From positions 74,028,001-74,092,000 of the forward strand of contig NC_043006.1 in the NCBI RefSeq assembly GCF_006345805.1: a stretch of DNA of 64,000 nucleotides. Reading direction: 5' to 3'. The position numbers were made by a program, and so were the translations under genes. Source of the DNA: Octopus sinensis (taxonomy: Eukaryota). The notes below the pieces were generated by a model. The model was not told the origin of the DNA. It saw nothing but the letters and a program-made list of their open reading frames with translations, and did not search any database. Positions 27,200 through 39,363 of this stretch are shown piece by piece. Every line of letters starts with the position of its first letter. Positions within the stretch are counted from its first letter, which is position 1.

Positions 27200-27523
27200 C
27201 GTGGTACTCCGTCGGTTATGACGACGTGGGTTCCAGTTGATCCGATCAACAGAACAGCCTGCTCGTGAAATTGGCATGCAGGTGGCTGAACATTCCACAG
27301 ACAAGTGTTACCCTCAGCGCAGTTCACTGGGAAGTTCAGCGTGACACAGAATGTGACAAGGCTGGCCCCTTTGAAATACAGGTACACCTCATTTTTGCCG
27401 GCTGAGTTGACTAGAGCAGCATGAAACAAAGTGTCTTGCTCACGAACACAGCACGTTGCTGGGAATTAAACTCACGACCATACGATCTTGAGCCGAATGC
27501 CCTAACTACTAAGCCACGGGCCT

Positions 27524-27527
<4 letters not shown>
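27200..27527 (-). mobile_element. SINE family B (CORE-like), full length
   Basis: Collinear with 25290-25605; flanked by (TA)n. Confidence 0.85.
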
Positions 27528-27583
<56 letters not shown>

Positions 27584-27594
27584 ATTTAAATTTA

Positions 27595-27810
27595 TAATAA
27601 TAAGGGTGAAAAATTGAATATTAATTTGATGAATATCAATTTAAAATCAGTGGTCTATCATATAGAAAAATCTGAAGATTCAGATAAATTATATTACATA
27701 CATATAAGTGGGATAACCACTAAGTGGACATCCATTATGCTAGAAGCCGACCACCTATGGTCTTGCCACTAAGAAAGGATTGTTCTCAAGAAAATTTAGC
27801 AAACGCAAAA
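27595..27810. repeat. Relative of 5240-5460 (terminal module of the HHR-associated family), adjacent to (TA)n
   Basis: agggtgaaaaattg...cagtggtcta.cat...atgctagaag...tatggtcttgccactaagaaa...ctcaagaaaatttagcaaac is shared. Confidence 0.75.
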
Positions 27811-27840
27811 AGATACAAAATATATTTTGTATCTTTTGTA

Positions 27841-27871
<31 letters not shown>

Positions 27872-27917
27872 CATACAGACACATATATAACATACAATAT
27901 GTATATGTATTCGTGCA

Positions 27918-28335
27918 GGCGTAGATCTGTGTTTAAGAAGCTCGATTTGAAATCACTGTCTCGAGTTCAGTCTTAATGCGCGGATCTTCGCAAGTGTCTC
28001 TTGCTAAAGCAAATGTCCCACACTGCCTTCCGATTGAATTTGGAAGACAGAGAGTGTGTAGAAGCTTTTCGTGTACACACATACATATGTGTATGCGTGC
28101 GTGTATGTCTGTGTGTGTTTCTATATCTGTGTGTATTTTTGTTTGTGTCTCTCCACGAACTGCTTGACAAATGGTGTTAGTTTGTTTATATCGACAGAAT
28201 TTAGCGGATCAGAAAAGGAGAAAGATAACATAGGTATCGAATTAAAAAAAAAACACAATAATCTGTTCGCCTTACTCTACATGGTGGTGTCACTTCATAG
28301 CCACAAGTCAATGATTTAAACAAGTAAAAAGACGT
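27918..28335 (+). mobile_element. SINE family A, diverged copy
   Basis: Degenerate head, internal (TG)n and tail. Confidence 0.7.
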
Positions 28336-28565
28336 AAAAACAAAAAGAATATCATCGGCATTCGCATAAGTTTTGCCGACTGTAGAAATATAACAATGCA
28401 CTGCATTCACGTTTTTGAATATCACTGGTGATTGGGTTTAAATCCACAAATTCTCATTTTAAATCTCTCATAAATATGAACTATTAAGTCGATGATATGC
28501 TGGTATTTTGTTTAGGAATAAGTGGAAAGTAACAGTTTTAAAAAGGAATTTACCAGGCGTCATAT

Positions 28566-29020
28566 AGTCTTTCCTTTTCAACTCTAGGTACTAAGTAGAA
28601 CTGGTGCTTAATTTATCGATCCCGACTAGTACTGGTGCTTAATTTGTCGACCCCGAAAGTATGAAAGGCAAAATCGACCTCGGTGGAATTTGAACTCAGA
28701 ACACAAAGACAGACGAAATACTGCTAATCATATCGCTCGGCGTGCTAACGATTCTGCCAGCTCGTTGCCTTTCCGGCGTCATATATTTATTTCTTTATTT
28801 CCCACAGGGGGCTAAACATAGAGGGGACAAACAAGTACAGACAAAGGGATTAAGTCGATTACATCGACTCCAGTGCGTAACTGGTACTTAATTTATCGAC
28901 CCCGAAAGGATGAAAGGCAAAGACGACCTCGGCGCAATTTGAACTCAGAACGTAGCGGCAGACGAAATACCGCTAAGCATTTCGCCCGGCATGCTAACGA
29001 TTCTGCCAGCTCGCCGCCTC
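28566..29020 (-). mobile_element. Two tandem SINE family C copies separated and flanked by ggcgtcat.t duplications
   Basis: Heads ggcggcgagctggcagaatcgttagca...ttctgagttcaaatt on the minus strand ending at about 28770 and 29019. Confidence 0.9.
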
Positions 29021-30058
29021 CCTGGCGTCATCTATTGCACGGCATTTGCCTGTCTATTTACAATTTTTGACTCCTTTCTTAGCGCGGAGAAGTTACTTTG
29101 AAGGTTATGCTATATAATTGATTATGTCGGTACCACAAATATATTTTATCGTTATCGCAGTAAAATGACAAAAAAATTAAAAAATGTCGATCACTGCAAT
29201 ATTTGTATCCGATAAAATAAATGTTTTCACCAAAAATAATAACTGATCTATCTAATCTAACGATCATAAATTTTCAATTTTAATCTCTGCTGAATATATA
29301 ATACGAAATAGATGTGAGACCGTATGACGCTGGTGTTTTGCTTATAAATAAGTGAAGGGAAATTGTTTTAAACAGGAATTTGCTAGGCGTCATATATTGT
29401 ACAGAACTCGCCTGTCAAGCTACAATTCTTGACTTCTTTCTTATCTTTAAGAATTTGCTTTGAAGTTTGTAATACAAATATATCACAAAAATATTGTAGC
29501 GTTATTGACGTAAACTGATTAAAACAAACGTCGAACACTGCAATATTTCCCCTAATAACGTAACAGCTTTCCTCAAAAGTAGCGAGAATATCTAATGTAA
29601 TAATCAGGTCCTTCTATGAAGAAATATCTTATAAATATATTTTCATAAAGCGTCAATTCTTTTATCTTTTGTTCTTTATAATGTGACAGAAGCACAAAAT
29701 GAATATTTTCTGCGATATTTTCGATGATACGCGTTGATTTCGATGGTGAGCGTTCATTTGCTTGATCTCTCGTTAAATTAATGTGTGTACGTGGTTAAGT
29801 ATACCATAGAAACATTAAAACTTCTCTTAACCCGTGCACGTATTCAGCGTAACATCATATGACAAGGCTTTTGCCGATCCGGGACTCTGGTAAACAAACT
29901 TTTCGGAGTTCTCGCACAGTGGTACCCTCGCCAGGACCTAGGACTCGCGACCATAAAATTTCAATATGAACTTCATAGTCACTTGGCCTTCTCTCCGTCC
30001 ACATTACACGTGTGTGTGTGTTTGTATCCGCATATATATATATATTTCCTTTTTCTGT

Positions 30059-30093
30059 GTTTCTGACGAAGAGCTCCGCTCGAAACGTTAAAT
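30059..30093 (+). ncRNA. Minimal PLE-type hammerhead in a short (TA)n-embedded repeat (30045-30196)
   Basis: GUUU CUGACGA A GAGC ucc GCUC GAAAC GUU AAAU; stem III reduced to palindromic ACGU. Confidence 0.65.
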
Positions 30094-30292
30094 CCTCCTT
30101 CTTTCTTTCCTTTCCTGAGGGCTCAATAAGACTACTAACACTATATTTGTTCCACATCCTCGCGTTGTTGTGTTTTTGTTCATGTTTGGATTAACTATAT
30201 ATATATATATATATACTACTAATATAGGATGAAGTTTTTCTACAGAAAAAAATTCATCAAAAAAGTGGTAACATATATATATATATATTTGT

Positions 30293-31093
30293 ACATGCAT
30301 GTATATTGTATATATATGTGTATATGAAAAACGAAATAGAGAGGAAGAGAAAGTGGGAGAGGAGAATAGAAAGAAAGTGTCAGGTATATTACATTGAGTT
30401 ATTTCGGGTCTCCCAGGTTCAGGTTGTACCGATGTCAATCTTGGTTTTTCCACCTCTCGGTGTCAGTAAATGAAGTACCATCTCAGTGAGGTTTCCCTGT
30501 CCCTTCAGCTGTCAGACGCAAAATTCAAAATTTTCTACGAACAAAATACGAACAAAATAGCTCCAACTCATTTAAAGTAATTGTATTCGTTTTATTAAAA
30601 TATTACGAAGATGTGAACACTTTAAATCAGCTTTAATTGAACTTCATTGATTACCTGTCAATTTTCGAATAAACATCAAAACAAGTACTATCGTCCCAGC
30701 GTGCCTGTTCAGCTTAACAGAAGTTTGAAAACATTGCACATTAAGTTCCTGTGTGTATATACTCTTTACTCTTTTACTCTTTTACTTGTTTCAGTCATAC
30801 ATGCATGTATATTGTATATATATGTGTGTATGAAAAACGAAATAGAGAGGAAGAGAAAGTGGGAGAGGAGAATAGAAAGAAAGTATCAGGTATATTACGT
30901 TGAGTTATTTCGGGTCTCTGTCTCCCAGGTTCAGGTTGTACCGATGCCAATCTTGGTTTTTCCACCTCTCGGTGTCAGTAAATGAAGTACCATCTCAGTG
31001 ATATTTCCCTGTCCCTTCAGCTGTCAGACGCAAAATTCAAAATTTTCTACCGACTTGTACGAACAAAATAGCTCCAACTCATTTAAAGTAATT
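30293..31093. repeat. About 290-bp direct duplication (30293-30583 / 30799-31093)
   Basis: Near-identical blocks acatgcatgtatattg...ctcatttaaagtaattg. Confidence 0.9.
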
Positions 31094-31224
31094 GACCCCG
31101 GGACTTTGTAAGCCCAGTACTTATTATATCGGTCTCTTTTGCCGAACCGCTAAGTAACGGGGACATAAACACACCAGCATCGGTTGTCAAGCAATGCTAG
31201 GGGGGGACAAAAACAGACACACAA

Positions 31225-31275
<51 letters not shown>

Positions 31276-31439
31276 TACGACAGGTTTCTTTCAGTTTCAG
31301 TCTACCAAATTCACTCACAAGGCATTGGTCGGCCCGGGGCTATAGCAGAATACACTTGCCCAAGATGCCACGCAGTGGGACTGAACCCGGAACCATGTGG
31401 TTGGTTAGCAAGCTACTTACCATACAGCCACTCCTGCGC
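30762..31439 (-). mobile_element. SINE family A interrupted by the duplicated block
   Basis: Tail at 30762-30798; body and head resume at 31093 (gaccccgggact) and run to 31439. Confidence 0.85.
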
Positions 31440-32421
31440 ATATATGGCTAAGTGTTCCATAGAAACATGATACCAAATTTAGTGACTGGCCTTTTCTAAT
31501 TCTTCAGTTAACTTTCCTTTACTGGAGCATTTGATTATATCGCCTAACAGGTTAAAAACACACATTTTACCCCGAATGAACTAAAACAAATTAATTTATT
31601 GTAACCTTTTGATTGTAATAAGTATACCAATGATTTGATTTTCGCTATCTACATGCACTTTAATTTATTTGCTTGTACAGGATTATATCAAAATTTAATT
31701 AATAGCTTATCTTTACTTAGAACATTATTATATAGACATAAATCATACATAAATACACATTATAAATACATAAATCATACATAAATACACATTATAAATT
31801 TTATTTGTATATATACACACACACATATATATACACACGTGTGTGTGTTTGTACATACACACATGCATATATATGTATATGTATGACATAGAGGCAGAGA
31901 GAGAGAGAGAGAGAGGGAAAGAAAGAAAGAGAAAGTGTTTTAACGATCGATTGATAAGTATAAAATTGCTCATACAATCATTTTGCAGCCCTTTGTGATA
32001 AAATCATTCACTAAAATCAAACGAAAACACCATTCGATTTTATTTGTTTTCTCTAACCTTTTCACTGTAAAGCTTTCAAATAAATGGCGCATGACTAGTG
32101 ATTGAAGTTAAAACACTTTCAGTATTATTTGACGTATATCTAAAAATGTGTGTAGTAGAGTTTTAGCGCATGGGAAACCTGCTTCCAACCATGCACATCA
32201 ACTGTACAATGTCTGTTATTTACCGACAGACATTTTACTTTTCAATGCTAAAATCCTTGAACGGTCGCATTCCTCTACAATATCTGTATACGTTGTCGTA
32301 TTTAGTACGAAATGTATCAATAAATGGTGACGAGAGAAGCATATACAAGTTTATTAACTGGTGTTAAGATGACGTCAATGAAGTGGCAGTAGCCACAGTA
32401 GTAGTAGTATATATACATGTT

Positions 32422-32486
<65 letters not shown>

Positions 32487-32646
32487 TGTATGTATGTATG
32501 TATGTACACATCCCATGATCACGTGACCGATCAGGCTATCAGATGTTGCTACACATCGCTGGTCACAATGCACTTCGCATTTTTTAGCCTTCAAACGACG
32601 CCACCCCGCTGGCTAAGCGAGCAGGCCAATATGTACACATATGTGC

Positions 32647-32729
<83 letters not shown>

Positions 32730-32732
32730 TCG

Positions 32733-33152
32733 AAGTAAGGTTGTGAATCCAACCAACTAAGGGATAATATCTATCCAATATACTGCTGGTAGAATACCCA
32801 ATTATTAATACACAAGTGTTTTTTTTATTACATTGCAATTACATTACCGAGTGTACTAAATGGGTGATGGTAAACAGATATTTTACCATTAATTTATAGA
32901 CCAATCAGAAAATGGAGGGGATCAATAGGTGGTTCATCAACTTTTAGACATTATATTATGTCAACTTATTTATTTATTTAATTGCTCTATAAATTAATGA
33001 TAAAATATTTCTTTACCTTCACCCATTTAGTACACTCGGTAATATAATTGCAATGCAATAAAAAACATTTGTGTATTAATAATTGGGTATTCTATCAGCA
33101 GTATGTTGGATAGATATTAACCCTTAGTTTGTTGGATTCACAAACTAACTTT
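32733..33152. repeat. Imperfect fold-back repeat, about 170-bp arms, about 75-bp spacer
   Basis: ttgtgaatccaac...agaatacccaattattaatacacaa...ttaccgagtgtactaaatgggtga is mirrored at 32980-33152. Confidence 0.85.
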
Positions 33153-33395
33153 CTTGGAATTAAAATAATAATCTATCACTACTACTTGTCTGTGTATAAA
33201 CTATCTCTGCATTGTTTATAACATTGCTTATGAGAGTGAGTTCATTTGAGTACAGTATAGTAGACCCTCAAAATGAATATTGCTAGAAAAATGGAGTTGA
33301 TAAAATGGACTCATCACTGAAAGACATACCTATAAATAAATAAACAAGTTAACATATAATGTCTTAAAGTTCATGAACCACCTATTGATCCAATT

Positions 33396-33438
<43 letters not shown>

Positions 33439-33761
33439 TGTGTGTGTGTGTGTGCGTATATATATGCTATGCATGTGTGCATATATATGTTTGGAAAGAG
33501 GTGTATTTCCACGCAGGAAAAATATAGGAGAATTTCTGAGGAGAATTTCTCTTTGAAAATGCATCTGAATTTGAAAAAGTAAATATGACCGAACTTTTAG
33601 AAGAAAAGAAGTGATTTAAAAAAGGGTTTTTTTTTTTTTTTTTAGTGTCTGTGTCTTGCGTGCAGTTCATTTTTCTGTCGCACACAGGGGTTTTCGCATT
33701 TAACAGAGTGTTTTGAAATCAGAGAATATTTTGTGTGTGTATATATGTTTTTACATGAAAG

Positions 33762-33990
33762 GGGTCGAATTTCGAGGGACAGACTGACGGTACACAGGCA
33801 AGAAATCCGTGACCCCACGATCAGGAAAATTTCTGTAAGCAAACACCTAGATCACTGCTCCGCAGACATAAACTCGGAATACCAACTCTTCCATTTCTAT
33901 CAATGCACCGGAAACACTTCAACCGAATTCTGATTGAATAAGGAAAGCATGTTTCTTAAAAAATTAAAAAATTAAACCGCAACTAAATAT
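33762..33990 (+). pseudogene. C-terminal GIY-YIG fragment of a Neptune-like PLE
   Basis: RDRLTVHRQEIRDPTIRKISVSKHLDHC...FHFYQ...KESMFL..KPQLN, homologous to the end of the 54679-55730 ORF. Confidence 0.75.
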
Positions 33991-34339
33991 TCTTTAATAA
34001 CACACTGAAAAGAAGGAAAAACTCATTGTCTCCACAAACAAACAAAAAAACAATGGACATAATTCGAAAACTTTATGATCGTCTTCCTCCTGGATTTCGA
34101 AACTGCAACTCTGAATCACTATACAATAACACCATACACCTTCTCAAACCTCAGTTGCTGACGTCACTCATCACTAGAGCAATGAAATTTTACCTCCGAT
34201 CAGAACTGGACCTTCGGAAAAAAAAAGAAGGAAGTCAACCAACCGGAACGGATGATGAACATTCCCTACAAGTAAGTCAACTAAGCTGAACGCCAAAATT
34301 TACCATACCAAAAAAAAAAAAAAAGGTTTTGTTGTATTT

Positions 34340-34950
34340 CGGGATGGTTATATATTAGTTCTTCACGCGTTTATTACTTTTCTTATTGTATCTCATATCC
34401 ATTGCCCGGAAATCTTTCGTCACATATCTGTAACCTCTTCAGCGACACTATCCGTCTTCGTTGTGCTGTTGCTCTGATTATTCCATTCTTAAAAGAACAC
34501 TAATATTAAACACTAAGAAGAAAATTTATACAGACTTAAGCCAACTAGAAAAACGCAAACGCTTGTTACTACGGGAGGTAAAGTACATCATAACGCTAAC
34601 AGACAGAACACCTTTAACGAACATCATACACAAAGAAAGGATTTACATTAGACGCAAACGCGATAAACACTTCGATAAAAAAAAATTGCATGGATTGGTT
34701 ATAAAGAACAATGTAGAATCATGCAGGAAGAAAAACGGAGTAATAAGGGGTAAGAACGATGGGATCTTTATGGCAGATGCCCCACTAACGGCCGAATTTT
34801 ATAGGGACAATAAAGTGTAAGAAAATGGAATAAGCAGAGCAAGAGCATACACGAAGACGAAAGTGACGCTGAGGAGGTCACAGAGGTGTCACAAAAGATT
34901 TCCGGATAATTGACGAGTTACAATAAGAACAGTAATAAACGAGTGAAGAA
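34340..34950. mobile_element. Inverted pair of hammerhead-bearing repeats (about 34340-34490 / 34820-34950) around a basic PLE-like coding remnant
   Basis: Arms are reverse-complementary but diverged; internal peptide ...IRRKRDKHFDKKKLHGL. Confidence 0.65.
34407..34444 (-). ncRNA. Minimal hammerhead ribozyme
   Basis: CG CUGAAGA g GUUACA gaua UGUGAC GAAAG AU UUC CG; decayed inverted partner at 34867-34904 (+; CUGAGGA, GAAA->AAAA). Confidence 0.6.
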
Positions 34951-35321
34951 TGAATATACAAAGTGTGTGTTTATTTTGCAGAAAAAAAATGTCCATCCAG
35001 AAATACAACAATATCCGTTTCAACACACGACTTCACATGAGGAAGACAAATTCATATAAAAAAAAACGGGTTCCTTATCAAAATAAAATGACACCACGAA
35101 ACATACTACCAATAAAAACCTGTTCCAAGGTACATGGAACCAACCACCCAACCACCCAACCAACTACCCAACCAACCAACCAACCAACCAACCAAACAAA
35201 CAAACAAACAAACAAACAAAACACTAAAAATCGTCCACCAGAAAGAATAAGACGTCATCAGAATTATAACGAATCACATATTAGATCCTTTCACGTAAAA
35301 ACATATATATATATATATATA

Positions 35322-35685
35322 TCTTATATATAAAAGTGAAGTTGTGTGTCTGTCTCCTACGATTTAGATTCCTAACTACTCCCACATTTTGCAGTGCAGT
35401 TTAACCAAAACCGGGTATCTTATAGTCGTGATTCATATCGAGCCCTTCTGGGTATTAGCGCGCGTCTACGATTTTGAAAATAATTTACCATCATTTTTTT
35501 CCATTTTAATGCATTTTTTCGCTATTATATAAGGGAAGTAACTCTCTAAAAATGTCTACGATGAGTCAACGATTTAAAAAAAAAATTACCATCATTTTTT
35601 TCCATTTTTTGGGCTATAACTCTCTAAAAATAGTTATATAGTTATTTCCCTTACAAACCCCAGCAACGCCGGGCGATACTGCTAG
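35322..35685 (+). mobile_element. Non-autonomous Helitron
   Basis: a|TCttatatataaaag ... ccccagcaacgccgggcgatactgCTAG|t. Confidence 0.85.
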
Positions 35686-36228
35686 TATAAATATATATAT
35701 ACACAAGATATTCTCTGATTCCAAAACACCGTTAAAAGTGAAAGGCCTCCTAAACGACGGAAAAAAGGAACTACAAACAAGACGACAGAAACTGTAACTC
35801 CACCATTTTCTTTTACTCTTCTTTCCTTCTTTCCCTCTCTTGTTCGCGTATTCTATAATAACTGAATATGATTGAACTTTTAGTAATCCACACTACATAT
35901 ATTCCTCGCCGATCATTTTTGATATTATCTACCCATGTCATTGAATTTTGTGAACATTTAATCATTTAAACATCTTTTCTGCTTTGTAATTTTAAATTTT
36001 CTTAAAATCTCTTTGTTTTATATACATTTATATCATTGATAAAAAAATAACATGTTGAAAGTAGTTGGGGATATATGTAAATAAATTTATTTAAAAAACA
36101 ACAATTTTTCAAATTCAGATGCATTTTCAAAAACAAATTCTCCTATACACACACACACATACACGCACACGCTCACACAAACACACACAAATATATATAG
36201 GAAAATTTGCTTTTGAAAACACAGCACC

Positions 36229-36292
<64 letters not shown>

Positions 36293-36300
<8 letters not shown>

Positions 36301-36417
36301 TAAATAAATGAATGGAGTTGAACGAAGATGTTAACAAAATTCCTTTACTCTCGACTCGAGAGTAAAGGAATTTTGTTAACATCTTCGTTCAACTCCATTC
36401 ATTTATTTATTCATATA
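36293..36417. repeat. Perfect palindrome, 62-bp arms, 1-nt centre (36355)
   Basis: ...aattcctttactctcga c tcgagagtaaaggaatt... Confidence 0.95.
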
Positions 36418-36574
36418 CAACACACAAATTTCTGCACATGAACCCGGAGTTTCTACCCTTGGACAGGTTGCTTCAACCGTGTTTCTGACGTGAATTTGCT
36501 ACCCCGGTATCGGTTCATCGAATTTTCCATGTTGACGGTAAACATAGGATAGTTCATTCACCTATCGAAATGAA

Positions 36575-36611
<37 letters not shown>

Positions 36612-36634
36612 GTACAAATATTATTAATAATAGT

Positions 36635-36664
<30 letters not shown>

Positions 36665-36665
<1 letters not shown>

Positions 36666-36995
36666 TGGGTATTCAGAAGAAACGAAGGGATAGTTTCTTT
36701 CTATTTACAGGTGCAGAAACTCTTCAAATTTTCCCTTGAAATGAGATGAAATGATCTGAAATAACATACATTAAAATTATATAAGTATAAATGAAGTATA
36801 ATAAAGTGACATTACTTTTATGAATCGAAAACTATTAAATGTAATATTGTAAATATTCCCCTCTGTTTTATTCTTATTCTATAGTATTTCATTCCATTTC
36901 ACTGCATTTCCCTGGAAAAATCGAACACTTTCTGCACCTGTATCTAAATAAAGTAACAATATTCCTTCATTTTTTTTTCTGAATAACCTTATTAT
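36665..36995. repeat. Old imperfect fold-back repeat
   Basis: tattcagaagaaa..tacaggtgcagaaa is mirrored by tttctgcacctgta..tttttctgaata. Confidence 0.6.
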
Positions 36996-37189
36996 ATTAA
37001 TACCGTTAGACTATTCTGTACACTACCAAAATATTACGCCTACACACAAGCACACACAAGCGCGCGCACACACGCACACACACACACATGTATATATATG
37101 TATATAAACACAAATACACACAGATACGTATTCTGTTGCGTCTAGGGTGAGTCATTATGCAAATCATACAAAGCCGCTAAATATATATA

Positions 37190-37348
37190 GGTGAAGGCGT
37201 GGCTGTGTGGTAAGGAGAATGTTTCCCTTCCACATAATGTCGGGTTCAGTCCTACTGCGTGGCACCTTGAACAAATATTTCCTACTGTAGTCTCAGGCCG
37301 ACCAAAGTTGAGTGAATTTGGAAGACGTTAACTGAAAGAAGCCCATCG
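37190..37348 (+). mobile_element. SINE family A 5' half, ending in its internal (TA)n
   Basis: gtggctgtgtggtaag...gggttcagtcctactgcgtggcacc...actgaaagaagcccatcg(TA)n. Confidence 0.85.
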
Positions 37349-37453
<105 letters not shown>

Positions 37454-37572
37454 CAATCAAGGAACGGCCATAATAGGCCATTCACCCACTAGAAATAACA
37501 GCCAAAAGCTTCAACCGCAAAATAACATCAATTCCGTAAACCAGGAGAAAATTAAAAAACATTTACCCTGTA

Positions 37573-37679
37573 ATTTCTTATACGATGCACCGTTTCATCT
37601 ACTGTTTAATGGTAAACTAATCCGATTAAATTAAATCAAGCCAATCTTCCATAGGCCCTTAGAATCATCAGTAAGAAAT
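37573..37679 (-). ncRNA. Type I hammerhead ribozyme, unit 1
   Basis: AUUUCUUA CUGAUGA u UCUA..about 60 nt..UAGA u GAAAC GGUGCAUC GUA^UAAGAAAU; 8-bp stem I. Confidence 0.8.
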
Positions 37680-38061
37680 AGCCAAGTCGGAACAGATATT
37701 TTCACGAGGCATTTCCGACCCTGCCTCGGCAATATCTGACCTAAAATTTTCAAATCATCGCACTCGCGCCAAATTTATCGGCAGCAAATAAATATAAGCC
37801 GCCGATTCCAATTACGGAATTAACCAGAAAATTCATAATTAATCAATATAGGGTGGCCAAAAAATTTTGTAAAATTTTTTTGCCACCAGCGGCCTAGTGG
37901 GAAAAAATTAAATAGTCATAGACCATTTTTAAGTTCAACATCACAATCAAGGAACGGCCATAATAGGCCATTCACCCACTAGAAATAACAGCCAAAAGCT
38001 TCAACCGCAAAATAACATCATTCCGTAAACCAGGAGAAAATTAAAAAACATTTACCCTGTA

Positions 38062-38168
38062 ATTTCTTATACGATGCACCGTTTCATCTACTGTTTAATG
38101 GTAAACTAACCCGATTAAATTAAATCAAGCCAATCTTCCATAGGCCCTTAGAATCATCAGTAAGAAAT
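38062..38168 (-). ncRNA. Type I hammerhead ribozyme, unit 2
   Basis: Same as unit 1; unit 3 (38552-38598) retains only the GAAA/stem III/cleavage-site half. Confidence 0.8.
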
Positions 38169-38746
38169 AGCCAAGTCGGAACAGATATTTTCACGAGGCA
38201 TTTCCGACCCTGCCTCGGCAATATCTGACCTAAAATTTTCAAATCATCGCACTCGCGCCAAATTTATCGGCAGCAAATAAATATAAGCCGCCGATTCCAA
38301 TTACGGAATTAACCAGAAAATTCATAATTAATTAATATAGGGTGGCCAAACAATTTTGTAGAATTTTTTTGCCACCAGCGGCCTAGTGGGAAAGAATTAA
38401 ATAGTCATAGACCATTTTTAAGTTCAACATCACAATCAAGGAACGGCCATAATAGGCCATTCACCCACTAGAAATAACAGCCAAAAGCTTCAACCGCAAA
38501 ATAACATCAATTCCGTAAACCAGGAGAAAATTAAAAAACATTTACCCTGTAATTTCTTATACGATGCACCGTTTCATCTACTGTTTAATGGTAAACTATA
38601 TATATATATTATTCATATATTATTCATATATTATTCATATATTATACATATATAAGTACATTAAAAGGCGAAGTGTGTGCTAGATACACAAAAGCTGGAT
38701 AAATTTAATGAGATGAAAATTAAAAAACTTTTACAAACTTAGTTCT

Positions 38747-38819
38747 TCTTATACTGCAGTTTCGCCTATTTCAGCAATAAAAATAATATTTATTTACTCA
38801 GGTAGGCTCTTCAGTAAGA
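38747..38819 (-). ncRNA. Type I hammerhead ribozyme, canonical core
   Basis: UCUUA CUGAAGA GCCUA..loop..UAGGC GAAAC UGCA GUA^UAAGA. Confidence 0.85.
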
Positions 38820-39185
38820 TTCCTGTTATTATGGGAAGCGCACATCAATAGAGACACATGCGTCTATTAAATTGCTCTTTCTAAACTATTCAAATCACTG
38901 CGCAGACTCAGAACGTACCCGACAAAATAGGGTTTTCTGGTATATCATCTAACGATATATATATATACGTAATTTCTGGACAAAATTGCATTAACTTCCT
39001 TTTATACGTTGAAACAATATATAGTTTCTGATCCCTCTTAAAGAACAGAAAGCATTTTCATGCAAAGCCATGCAGATTGTATCCTCGCACTTCACTATTA
39101 AACAAAAAATAACTTCCATTATTCCATTAACTGTGCCGATTCTGCCCATAAGAAAGGGGCAAATGATACAATGTGCTTCTAGATC

Positions 39186-39219
39186 ATAACACCCGGGCAA
39201 CGCCGGGAGACATTGCTAG
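39186..39219 (+). mobile_element. Helitron 3' terminus (5' end uncertain, possibly about 38945)
   Basis: cccgggcaacgccggg hairpin plus agacattgCTAG|t. Confidence 0.7.
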
Positions 39220-39226
39220 TATATAT

Positions 39227-39363
<137 letters not shown>

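Noticed and set aside
28930-29019. tRNA gene
   Set aside because: tRNA-like A/B boxes are heads of multi-copy SINEs; no proper cloverleaf
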